From contig JAYOTF010000032.1 of assembly GCA_038150265.1 (NCBI GenBank), positions 1 through 38,917 on the forward strand: a stretch of DNA of 38,917 nt, given 5' to 3'. Position 1 is the first letter of the stretch, and each line of letters opens with the position of its first letter. Positions 8,310 through 16,544 of this stretch are shown here, piece after piece. This stretch comes from Deltaproteobacteria bacterium. Its GTDB lineage: Bacteria > SAR324 > NAC60-12. The notes below the pieces were generated by a model, which saw only the letters and a program-made list of their open reading frames with translations, did not search any database and was not told the origin of the DNA. The position numbers and the translations under genes are program-made.

Positions 8310-9836
8310 ATGCCTGCCATTGAACTCCGTCACATCCACAAGCGCTTTGGCGCCGTCCAGGCCAACCAGGACGTCAATCTGGTGGTGGAAGCCGGAACCA
8401 TTCACGGCATCATCGGTGAAAACGGCGCCGGCAAGTCCACGCTGATGAGCATCCTCTACGGGTTCTATCAGGCCGATTCCGGAGAGATTCAGGTCAATGG
8501 CACCCCCACCCGCATTGCTTCCTCACAAGATGCGATCCGCGCTGGCATTGGCATGGTCCACCAGCACTTCATGCTCGTTGACCCCTTCACCGTGCTGGAA
8601 AATGTCGTCCTGGGCGCCGAATCCGGTTTTTCACTCGACCACTCCCTCCGGACCGCCCGCACGGCGCTGCTGAAGCTGGAGCAGGAGTATGGGCTTGAGG
8701 TGGACCTCAACGCGCAGGTAGACAAGCTGCCCGTCGGGTTGCAGCAACGTGTGGAGATCCTCAAGGCGCTCTACCGTGGAGCCGACATCCTGATTCTGGA
8801 TGAGCCCACCGGAGTGCTGACGCCTCAGGAAGCCGATGAGCTGTTTCGCATCTTGGCCGAGCTTCGCAAGCAGGGGAAGACCATCGTCCTGATCACGCAC
8901 AAGCTCCGGGAGATCATGGCCATCACCGACGCGGTCTCGGTGATGCGTCAGGGACAGATGGTGGCGCACCGCAAGACTGCCGAGACGCATCGCGAGGAGC
9001 TGGCGGAGCTGATGGTTGGCCGCAAGGTCCTCATGGAGCTCGACAAACAGCCGGCCCAGCCCCGCTCCACCGTTTTGCGCGTGGACAACCTGTCTGTCAC
9101 CGGAGAAGACGGCGTCAAGCGCGTCAAGGATGTGAGCTTTGAGGTCCGGTCCGGGGAAATCGTCGGCATCGCTGGCGTTTCCGGAAACGGGCAGTCGGAG
9201 TTGCTGGAAGCCATTACCGGCATCCAGCCGATCCAGTCCGGAAGCCTTGAGCTGTCCGGACAGGTCATTGACGCCTCCCACGGCCTCACACCGGCCGACA
9301 TGCGTCAGCTTGGCATGGCGCACGTTCCGGAAGACCGGCACCGCATGGGGCTGGTGACGTCCTTTCCCGCTTACGAAAACGCGGTCCTCGGGTACCACCA
9401 CGACCCGAAGTTCAACGGCACGATCGAGATGCACCACGACCAGTTGGTTGAGGAGTGCCAGCGGCAGATGGACGCCTATGACGTCCGTCCCCGAGATCCG
9501 AACCTGAAGGTCAGCCTCATGTCCGGAGGGAACCAGCAGAAGCTGGTGGTGGCTCGGGAGATGGACCGAGATCCGGCGTTGCTGGTGGTGGGGCAACCGA
9601 CGCGAGGGGTAGACATCGGGGCCATCGAGTTCATCCACAAGCGCATCCTCGCCATGCGTGATGCCGGAAAGGCCGTACTGCTGGTGTCGGTGGAGCTTGA
9701 TGAAATCCTGTCCCTCAGTGACCGCATCCTCGTCATGTTTGATGGGCGCCTGATGGGCGAAATGCGGGCTGCTGAAGCAGATGAGCGCCGCATTGGCCTG
9801 CTCATGGCCGGCATTCAGGAAGGAGAGGCGACATGA
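8310..9836 (+). CDS. Nucleoside/sugar (CUT2-type) ABC transporter ATP-binding protein with tandem NBDs
   Basis: GENGAGKST Walker A, LILDEPT, degenerate second half GVSGNGQSE, SGGNQQK, QPTRGVD. Confidence 0.96.
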   Translation: MPAIELRHIHKRFGAVQANQDVNLVVEAGTIHGIIGENGAGKSTLMSILYGFYQADSGEIQVNGTPTRIASSQDAIRAGIGMVHQHFMLVDPFTVLENVVLGAESGFSLDHSLRTARTALLKLEQEYGLEVDLNAQVDKLPVGLQQRVEILKALYRGADILILDEPTGVLTPQEADELFRILAELRKQGKTIVLITHKLREIMAITDAVSVMRQGQMVAHRKTAETHREELAELMVGRKVLMELDKQPAQPRSTVLRVDNLSVTGEDGVKRVKDVSFEVRSGEIVGIAGVSGNGQSELLEAITGIQPIQSGSLELSGQVIDASHGLTPADMRQLGMAHVPEDRHRMGLVTSFPAYENAVLGYHHDPKFNGTIEMHHDQLVEECQRQMDAYDVRPRDPNLKVSLMSGGNQQKLVVAREMDRDPALLVVGQPTRGVDIGAIEFIHKRILAMRDAGKAVLLVSVELDEILSLSDRILVMFDGRLMGEMRAAEADERRIGLLMAGIQEGEAT

Positions 9837-10927
9837 GTGAGCGATCCGCCAAGGTCCTGCTGGTCACACTGATCACCCTGGGGAACCTGTTCCTGGCGTT
9901 CTTTGTCTCCGGGGTCATCGTCTGGTCGGTCGGTGAGAGCCCGCTGAGGGCGCTGGAGGTGCTGCTTTACGGAGCCTTTGGGTACTCCGGAGGCGTGGGG
10001 TACACCCTTTATTACACAACGAACTACATCTTCACGGGCCTGGCCTTTGCGGTCGCCTTCCACACCCGCCTGTTCAACATCGGTGCGGAGGGGCAGGCTT
10101 ACATTGGGGGGCTGGGCGTGGGACTGGTCTGCCTGGCAACGGACACGCTGCCGTTTTGGGTGATCCTGCCGCTGGCGACTCTGGCAGCCGTCGTCTTTGG
10201 AGGCCTCTGGGGGGCGATCCCCGGGTGGCTGCAGGCGCGGCGCGGGAGCCACGTCGTGATCACGACGATCATGTTCAACTTCATTGCCAGTTCCCTGATG
10301 ATCTGGCTCCTCAGCGAGGTGCTCATCAAGCCGGGGCAGATGTCTCCGGAAACCCGAGAGGTGCTGCCCAACGCCTGGATTCCGCAGCTGCATGAGTGGT
10401 TTGGCGACTGGGGCATGAGCCGTTCGCCCCTCAATGCGAGCTTCTTCTGGGCCCTGCTGTGCTGCGTCCTGGTCTGGCGCTTCATCTGGCACACGCGCTG
10501 GGGCTACGAACTCCGGACCGTGGGCGCCAACGAAACAGCCGCGGTGTATGGGGGCATCAGCGTGTCCCGAAACGTCATCCTCGCCATGGCTGTCTCCGGA
10601 GCCCTCGCGGGCTTTGTCGGCCTGAACGAGATCATGGGCGTGCAGCACCGCATCCTCCTCAACTTCCAGCTCGGATATGGCTTCACCGGCATTGCCGTTG
10701 CCCTGATCGGCCGCAACCACCCCCTGGGGGTCCTGCTGGCCGCGATCCTCTTCGGAGCCCTCTACCAGGGCGGCGCCGAGCTGGCATTTGAAATGGACAA
10801 GATCGACAACCACATGGTGATCCTCATTCAAGCGCTGGTGATCCTGTTTGCCGGTGCCCTGGAAAACCTCTTCAAGCCGCAGCTCGAGGCCTTTGTGAAG
10901 CGGCTGACTCATTCGCCGGAGGCATGA
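9833..10927 (+). CDS. Nucleoside ABC transporter permease 1
   Basis: LFNIGAEGQ, VITTIMFN, GYELRTVGAN, GFTGIAVALIGRNHP; ATGA overlap with the ATPase gene. Confidence 0.95.
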   Translation: MSERSAKVLLVTLITLGNLFLAFFVSGVIVWSVGESPLRALEVLLYGAFGYSGGVGYTLYYTTNYIFTGLAFAVAFHTRLFNIGAEGQAYIGGLGVGLVCLATDTLPFWVILPLATLAAVVFGGLWGAIPGWLQARRGSHVVITTIMFNFIASSLMIWLLSEVLIKPGQMSPETREVLPNAWIPQLHEWFGDWGMSRSPLNASFFWALLCCVLVWRFIWHTRWGYELRTVGANETAAVYGGISVSRNVILAMAVSGALAGFVGLNEIMGVQHRILLNFQLGYGFTGIAVALIGRNHPLGVLLAAILFGALYQGGAELAFEMDKIDNHMVILIQALVILFAGALENLFKPQLEAFVKRLTHSPEA

Positions 10928-11880
10928 TGTGGCATGAATTCCTCCTCGTCATGGACGCGACCCTCCGGGTTTCGGTTCCCCTCATCTTTGCGGCCATGGG
11001 CGGGATCTTTGCGGAACGTTCCGGAGTGATTGACTTTGGACTGGAAGGCAAGATGCTCGCCGGCGCCTTTGTTGCTGCCGCAGTGGCGCATGTGACCCAA
11101 TCGGCCTGGATGGGCATCCTCGGTGCCATCAGCATCGGCGTCCTGCTCTCGCTGGTGCATGGGTTGGTGAGTGTCACCAAAGCCGGAAACCAGGTGGTCT
11201 CGTGTGTGGCCATCAACGAAGTCGCCCGGGGCCTGACCGTGGTGCTGGCCGTGTGGTGGTTTGCGCAAGGCGGCAAGACGCCTCAGTTGCCCAAGGAAGC
11301 CCGCTTCATGGCGCTCGAGCTTCCCTTTGTGGAGGAAATCGGCTCCATTCCGATCGTCGGGGAAATTTACGCGGAGCTGCTCAGCGGCCACAACATCCTC
11401 GTCTACCTCGCCTTTCTCTGTGTGCCGCTCACCGCGTGGGTGCTGTACCAGACCCGATTTGGCCTGCGCCTTCGGGCGACCGGAGAGAACCCCCTTGCCG
11501 TGGATACGGCCGGCATCTCGGTGCAGTCGATGCGGTACCGGGCCCTGATCATCAACGGCGTGCTGGGAGGCCTCTCGGGCGCCTACCTTTCCACTGCCCA
11601 GATTGCCTTCTTTGCCAAGGACATGTCTGCCGGAAAGGGCTACTTTGCTCTTGCCGCCATGATCTTCGGCAAGTGGCGGCCGTCCACCGCCTTGCTCGCC
11701 TGCCTCCTGTTCGCGTTTCTGGACGCCTGGGGGAACCGGCTGCAGGGAACCCCGGGCGTTCCGGTCGCCCTAATCCAAGCCTTACCTTATGTGCTTACAG
11801 TCGTCCTGTTAGCCGGGTTTGTGGGAAAAGCAGTTGCGCCCCAGGCCATTGGAGAGCCCTTCGTCAAGGAACGTAAATGA
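10924..11880 (+). CDS. Nucleoside ABC transporter permease 2
   Basis: FAERSGVIDFGLEG, FGLRLRATGENP, GKGYFALAAMIFGKWRP, LPYVLT; ATGA overlap. Confidence 0.93.
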   Translation: MMWHEFLLVMDATLRVSVPLIFAAMGGIFAERSGVIDFGLEGKMLAGAFVAAAVAHVTQSAWMGILGAISIGVLLSLVHGLVSVTKAGNQVVSCVAINEVARGLTVVLAVWWFAQGGKTPQLPKEARFMALELPFVEEIGSIPIVGEIYAELLSGHNILVYLAFLCVPLTAWVLYQTRFGLRLRATGENPLAVDTAGISVQSMRYRALIINGVLGGLSGAYLSTAQIAFFAKDMSAGKGYFALAAMIFGKWRPSTALLACLLFAFLDAWGNRLQGTPGVPVALIQALPYVLTVVLLAGFVGKAVAPQAIGEPFVKERK

Positions 11881-12812
11881 GTGCAGCACTGGGAATTGAA
11901 GCCATCGGAACCTTTTTGCCGGAGGGTCGCCTCTCCAACCTCGACCGGATGGAGGCGTTCAGCATGACGGAGCAGACCGTCCGGGAGAAGGTCGGGTTCC
12001 TGTCCGTCAGTCAAAAGGAGCCCGAGATGGAGACCTCGGACCTCTGCGTCCGGGCCTGGCAGGCGCTCAAGCAGCAGCGCCCCATCCGCTCGGAAGAAGT
12101 GGAATGCGTTGTCGTCTGCACCCAGAATCCCGATGGCTACGGCCTCCCACACACCTCGGCGATCGTCCACCGCAAGCTGGGGCTGTCCCAAACCTGTGCC
12201 GCCTTTGACATCTCCCTCGGCTGCTCCGGATTCGTCTACTCCCTCTCCATCATCCAGGCCTTCATGCAGGCGCAGGGCATGAAAACCGGAGTCCTCTTCA
12301 CCGCAGACCCGTATTCGAAGGTCATCGACGCCAACGACAAGAAGACCAGCACGCTTTTTGGAGACGGCGCGGCAGCGACGCTGATCACCGACCAGCCCGT
12401 CTGGAAGAGCGGGGCCTTCGAGTTTGGCTCCGATGGCACCAAGTGGGACAGCATTGTCGTCCGGGACCAGACCCTGCACATGAACGGACGGGCGGTGTTT
12501 ACCTTCTCCGTCCGAATGATTCCCGACAGCATCCGGGCGATGCTGCAGAAGAACGACCGGACCCTCGCCGAGGTCGACCGCCTGCTGCTGCATCAAGGCA
12601 GCCGCCACATCGTCAACTCCATTGCCGACGAGCTGGGCGTCTCACGCGAGAAGTGCCCCTTTTACGCGGAAGGATACGGCAACACCGTCTCCTCCACGGT
12701 TCCCTTCATGCTGGCAGAAGAGTTCCACAATCCAGACCTCCAGACCCTGTTGGTCGCGGGTTTTGGAGTGGGGCTTTCCTGGGCCAGCACCCTGCTGTTC
12801 CGGCAATCGTGA
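11877..12812 (+). CDS. 3-oxoacyl-ACP synthase III (FabH-like)
   Basis: Cys-His-Asn triad: AFDISLGCSGF, LLHQGS, YGNTVSS; also LFGDGAAA and GFGVGLSW. Confidence 0.9.
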   Translation: MSAALGIEAIGTFLPEGRLSNLDRMEAFSMTEQTVREKVGFLSVSQKEPEMETSDLCVRAWQALKQQRPIRSEEVECVVVCTQNPDGYGLPHTSAIVHRKLGLSQTCAAFDISLGCSGFVYSLSIIQAFMQAQGMKTGVLFTADPYSKVIDANDKKTSTLFGDGAAATLITDQPVWKSGAFEFGSDGTKWDSIVVRDQTLHMNGRAVFTFSVRMIPDSIRAMLQKNDRTLAEVDRLLLHQGSRHIVNSIADELGVSREKCPFYAEGYGNTVSSTVPFMLAEEFHNPDLQTLLVAGFGVGLSWASTLLFRQS

Positions 12813-14035
12813 AACGCCTGCTGCTTCCCCTGCTCCTGCTGCTTGCCGGAGTCACCTTTGCGCAAACGCCCGGCTACGAGGCGCTGGACGCCCGGCTCAC
12901 GAAGCTCGTGCAAAAGGGCTGCGTGCTGGTTGGCTCACAGACGCAGGTGCTCTACCGCTACCCTCGGGGGTGCAACCCCACCCTGGTCCCTGCCTCGCTG
13001 CTCAAGATTGCCAACGCCTATGCCGCGCTTTCGGTACTGGGAGACACCTACCGGTTCCCGACCGAAGTCTATTCCGGAGCAGACCAGCGTTTGGGCATCA
13101 AGGGCTTTGGGGACCCCTACCTGACTTCGGAAACCTGGGCGGATCTGGCCCAGGCACTGGCGGCGGTGCCCGGCGTGTCGCGTCAGTGGAAGGGCCTCTT
13201 CCTCGACACCAGCACCTTTGATCCGGAGTTGGCCATTCCCGGACTGGAGGCCTCGCTTGATCCATACAACGCCAAGATCGGGTCGCTGTCTTCGAACTTC
13301 AACACGGTTTATGTGGAGGTTCTGCCCAACGGAACGGTCCGCTCCGCTGAGCCTCAGACCCCGCTGACGCAGGTGGCCCGGACACTCGCCCAGGGCCTCA
13401 AGCCCGGAAAGCACCGCATCAACATCACGCTGGAGGCCGGACGTTCGCTGGACTACAGCGCCGAATTGGCCCGCCTCTTTCTGGAGCAGCAGGGGTTTCA
13501 GTTCGCAGAGGCAGCCTACCAAACGCGTGAGGTGAGCCCGGGGGATCAGCAGGTGCTGCGCTACCAAAATCCGAAAAAGCTTCCGGAAGTCCTCGCTGGC
13601 ATGCTTCAATATTCCAATAACTTTATTGCCAACGAGCTGCTCCTGGCAATGGGACGGCAGCAGGCGGGAAGCCCCACGACCCTCGGCAAGGGGGTCCGGA
13701 CGCTCCACCAGTTTCTGGAAACCCGCATGGGCTGGGCTCCGGAGTCCTTTCAGCTTGCTGAAGGCTCCGGGATCTCCCGCCAGAACCGGATGACGCCAGA
13801 AATGATCCTCGACCTCCTTCGGGCCTTTGAGCCCTACCAGTCGCTGCTGCCTCTGGAGAAGGGCGTCCGCCTCAAAACCGGAACCCTCAAGGGCATCTAC
13901 AACATTGCCGGATACTTTCCCGATGTGGAAAACCGGTACTTTGTGGTGATGCTGGAACAGACCAAAAACTACCGGAACGCCGTGATGCGCCACCTGCTGC
14001 GCACCTCGTTCCCTGAACCTGCTGGTGCCAACTGA
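12809..14035 (+). CDS. dacB: D-alanyl-D-alanine carboxypeptidase/endopeptidase (PBP4, peptidase S13)
   Basis: Likely GTG start at 12809 overlapping the previous TGA; signal peptide; SxxK (ASLLK), SxN (YSNN), KTG (LKTGTL), GFGDPYL, EGSGISRQN. Confidence 0.9.
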   Translation: MKRLLLPLLLLLAGVTFAQTPGYEALDARLTKLVQKGCVLVGSQTQVLYRYPRGCNPTLVPASLLKIANAYAALSVLGDTYRFPTEVYSGADQRLGIKGFGDPYLTSETWADLAQALAAVPGVSRQWKGLFLDTSTFDPELAIPGLEASLDPYNAKIGSLSSNFNTVYVEVLPNGTVRSAEPQTPLTQVARTLAQGLKPGKHRINITLEAGRSLDYSAELARLFLEQQGFQFAEAAYQTREVSPGDQQVLRYQNPKKLPEVLAGMLQYSNNFIANELLLAMGRQQAGSPTTLGKGVRTLHQFLETRMGWAPESFQLAEGSGISRQNRMTPEMILDLLRAFEPYQSLLPLEKGVRLKTGTLKGIYNIAGYFPDVENRYFVVMLEQTKNYRNAVMRHLLRTSFPEPAGAN

Positions 14036-14583
14036 TGCGATTCCTCGTTTTATTGAGCCTGATGTGCCTGAGCCTCACGACCTCCGGATGGGCGCAGCGT
14101 GTTCCCCTGAATGACAGCGAGCGGGAGCTTCTCAAGGAAATGAAGGTCGAGATGCCGACCATGCTCATTGAGGCACACGACTTTGAGATGAAGCTGCTGG
14201 ACGGTCGAGAGCTTCCGCTGCGAGACCTGCAGGGAAAATTTGTGCTGCTGAACTTCTGGGCCACCTGGTGTGCCCCGTGCTTGCGGGAGATGCCAGACAT
14301 GGAAGCCCTTCAGGAGGCCGTGGGGTCCGAAAACCTCACGGTGCTCGCCGTTTCCATGGGAGAAACCGAGGAGCGTGTCCAGAAGTTCCTCAAGATGCAC
14401 GGGTTCACCTTCCCCATTGTGGCCGACACCGAGATGGAGATCGTCCAGCTGTACGGGGTCAAGAACATCCCCATCACCTACCTCATCAGCCCCAAGGGCG
14501 TCATTCTTGGCCGGGCGCTGGGTCCACGCGAGTGGAACCGTGTCTCGTTTCAGGAGTTTGTGAAGCGTCGCACTGCCGGATAA
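14035..14583 (+). CDS. TlpA/ResA-family thiol-disulfide oxidoreductase
   Basis: Signal peptide; LLNFWATWCAPC active site; IPITYLI cis-Pro motif; TGATG overlap with dacB. Confidence 0.93.
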   Translation: MRFLVLLSLMCLSLTTSGWAQRVPLNDSERELLKEMKVEMPTMLIEAHDFEMKLLDGRELPLRDLQGKFVLLNFWATWCAPCLREMPDMEALQEAVGSENLTVLAVSMGETEERVQKFLKMHGFTFPIVADTEMEIVQLYGVKNIPITYLISPKGVILGRALGPREWNRVSFQEFVKRRTAG

Positions 14584-14790
14584 GCCCTAAACCTCAGGGG
14601 AGCCTCACCGGTCCGGCCAGGTTGCCGCTCGGAACATCAAAAGGGGGTGCTTGGGGGAAACGAAAGGGAGTGCTTTGGAGGGGAAGCCCGGCACCGATCT
14701 CAAGACATCTTCCAGCCTGAGGCCTGCATCGATTTTCCTGGTACATGAAGCTTCGACTTTGTTTTAGGAGGTGTCGAAACCAGGATTTCC

Positions 14791-14871
14791 CTAAAAATCG
14801 GTGCCGTTTTGCCGCTTCTTCTGAGGTACTCGTAGAAGAAGCAACGGAATTCTTAAGTTGAGAATCAGCAT
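14791..14871 (-). CDS. Candidate small protein, 26 aa (MLILNLRIPLLLLRVPQKKRQNGTDF)
   Basis: GGAGGT SD ending 4 nt upstream of ATG 14871; TAG at 14793-14791; below the ORF-track length cutoff. No evidence of expression. Confidence 0.3.
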   Translation of the reverse strand: MLILNLRIPLLLLRVPQKKRQNGTDF

Positions 14872-14983
14872 ACCGACCTCCCGTATCCAAGTCCAGTAAA
14901 AAATTGTAACTCTAGTGGTGATTTCCTTCACTAAACTGATTTAGTAAACCGTTTCAGCAGATTTCGGGAGGCGCAGGGGGAGG

Positions 14984-15802
14984 TTACGAGGAGAGTAACC
15001 TTTCCTGAAGGCGCTCAAATTCTTCGAGGGAGGAGTAGTGGAGTTCGATCCGTCCCTGTCCGGAGTGGAAGTGGATGGAGACCTTGGTCCGGAGGTGACG
15101 ACTGAATTCCTCTTCCAGGGCACGCAGGTGGATTTGAGCGGCTTCAGGGGTGGGAGCGGCAGGTGCTGAGGAACCGGGCGTCCGGAAGAGGCTGGCCCAG
15201 CGCGCCTGCTCCGCCTTGACGGCTTTTTCCGTCTGCCGGACGCTCCAGGCCTGGCGCAGGATCTGCTCCCGGAGGTTGAGCTGCGAGGCGGTTCCCGGCA
15301 GTCCCAGCAGCGCCCGGGCGTGTCCGGAGGAGAGGCGTCCCGATTCCACGTCCTGCTGGATGGCTTCCGGAAGCTGCAGAAGCCGCAGCTGGTTGGCAAT
15401 CGTCGAGCGGTCCTTGCCCAAGCGACGGGCGAGCTCATTTTGGGTGCAGGCATACATCCGGAGCAGGTCCTGATACGCCTGCGCCTCTTCAATCGGACTG
15501 AGGTCTTCACGCTGAATGTTTTCCAGGAGCGCCACCTCCAGCAGTTCCTGATCGGAAACGGCCCGGACCACCACCGGAACCGTCTCGGCCTCCAGCAGGT
15601 TCAGCGCCCGCCAGCGTCGCTCTCCGGCCACCAGTTCGTAGCGTCCGTCTTCAAGCTCCCGGACCACCAGAGGCTGCAAAATCCCCTGACTCCGGATCGA
15701 TTGCGCCAGCTCCTTCAGGGAGCGCTCATTAAAACGCCGGCGGGGTTGGTTCGGGTTCGGAACCACCTGCTTCAGCGGCACCTCCCGGAGCATGGCACTC
15801 AT
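14984..15802 (-). CDS. parB: ParB/Spo0J family partition protein
   Basis: ATG 15802 overlaps the tlyA stop (ATGA); PNPNQPR, GILQPLVVR, AGERRWRA (CTPase box), ENIQREDL, HTH TQNELARRLGKDRSTIAN, C-terminal dimerisation segment GRIELHY. Confidence 0.92.
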   Translation of the reverse strand: MSAMLREVPLKQVVPNPNQPRRRFNERSLKELAQSIRSQGILQPLVVRELEDGRYELVAGERRWRALNLLEAETVPVVVRAVSDQELLEVALLENIQREDLSPIEEAQAYQDLLRMYACTQNELARRLGKDRSTIANQLRLLQLPEAIQQDVESGRLSSGHARALLGLPGTASQLNLREQILRQAWSVRQTEKAVKAEQARWASLFRTPGSSAPAAPTPEAAQIHLRALEEEFSRHLRTKVSIHFHSGQGRIELHYSSLEEFERLQERLLSS

Positions 15803-16542
15803 TTTTGCAGCCAAAGAAAAAATTCCCGGTTCCCGCTCTTTTTCCCGATGATGGCAGAGTCGCTCTCGCCACGGACCGCAAAGCCGCACGATTCGGCTTC
15901 TTCCCGGACCTCATCCAGCACCCGGCGGTGGGTGGCTTCACTGGAAACCTTCCCACGCCGCCCAATTTCCTCGGCTCCTGCTTCAAACTGCGGCTTGACG
16001 AGGGCCAGGACATACGCCTCCGGCTTCATGAATTCTGCGGCCTTGGGCAGAATCAGCCTCAGCGAGATGAAGGAGGCATCAATCACCACGAGGTCCACAG
16101 CTTCTCCCAGGGTCTCCGGCGCCAGGTGCCGGATGTTTGTGCGCTCGAGCGAGATCACACGTGGGTCCTGACGCAGCTCCCACGCCAATTGCCCGTACCC
16201 GACATCCACCGCAAAGACCTTGGCTGCGCCGTGCAGGAGGAGGCAATGGGTAAAGCCTCCGGTCGACGCACCAATGTCCAGCGCCACCCAGCCTTCTGGA
16301 GCCAGGGCAAACTCACGCAGCGCGCCTTCCAGCTTCAGGCCTCCACGGCTCACATAAGGGTGATCGCGCCCAAGGACCTCCAGCTCGGCATCTTCCGGAA
16401 CCGCCCGTCCGGGCTTGTCAGCAGGCTCGCCGTTGACCCGAACCTGATGGGCCAAAACGTAGGCCTGTGCTTTTTCCCGAGAAGGCGCCAGCCCCTTCTC
16501 GACGAGCAGCACATCCAGGCGCTTGCGCGGAGGCCGACTCAC
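15799..16542 (-). CDS. tlyA: TlyA family rRNA 2'-O-methyltransferase (S4 + FtsJ-like domains)
   Basis: RLDVLLVEKGL...SREKA, YVSRGGLKL, LDIGASTGGFT, VDVGYGQL, LVKPQFE, GNREF. Confidence 0.96.
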   Translation of the reverse strand: MSRPPRKRLDVLLVEKGLAPSREKAQAYVLAHQVRVNGEPADKPGRAVPEDAELEVLGRDHPYVSRGGLKLEGALREFALAPEGWVALDIGASTGGFTHCLLLHGAAKVFAVDVGYGQLAWELRQDPRVISLERTNIRHLAPETLGEAVDLVVIDASFISLRLILPKAAEFMKPEAYVLALVKPQFEAGAEEIGRRGKVSSEATHRRVLDEVREEAESCGFAVRGESDSAIIGKKSGNREFFLWLQK

Positions 16543-16544
16543 GC

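Noticed and set aside
12443..12808. 122-aa N-terminal extension of dacB in the ORF track
   Set aside because: Overlaps the FabH-like gene out of frame; the signal peptide begins at GTG 12809.
14594..14890. 98-aa minus-strand ORF, or a 6S/SRP/tmRNA/RNase P gene, in the tlpA-parB gap
   Set aside because: The ORF has a TTG start, no clear RBS and no protein-like features; I could not find the signature sequences of those RNAs by eye (an Rfam scan is still needed).
15799..16542. TlyA as a haemolysin or virulence factor
   Set aside because: The motifs indicate the widespread rRNA methyltransferase; nothing in the context supports a toxin role.
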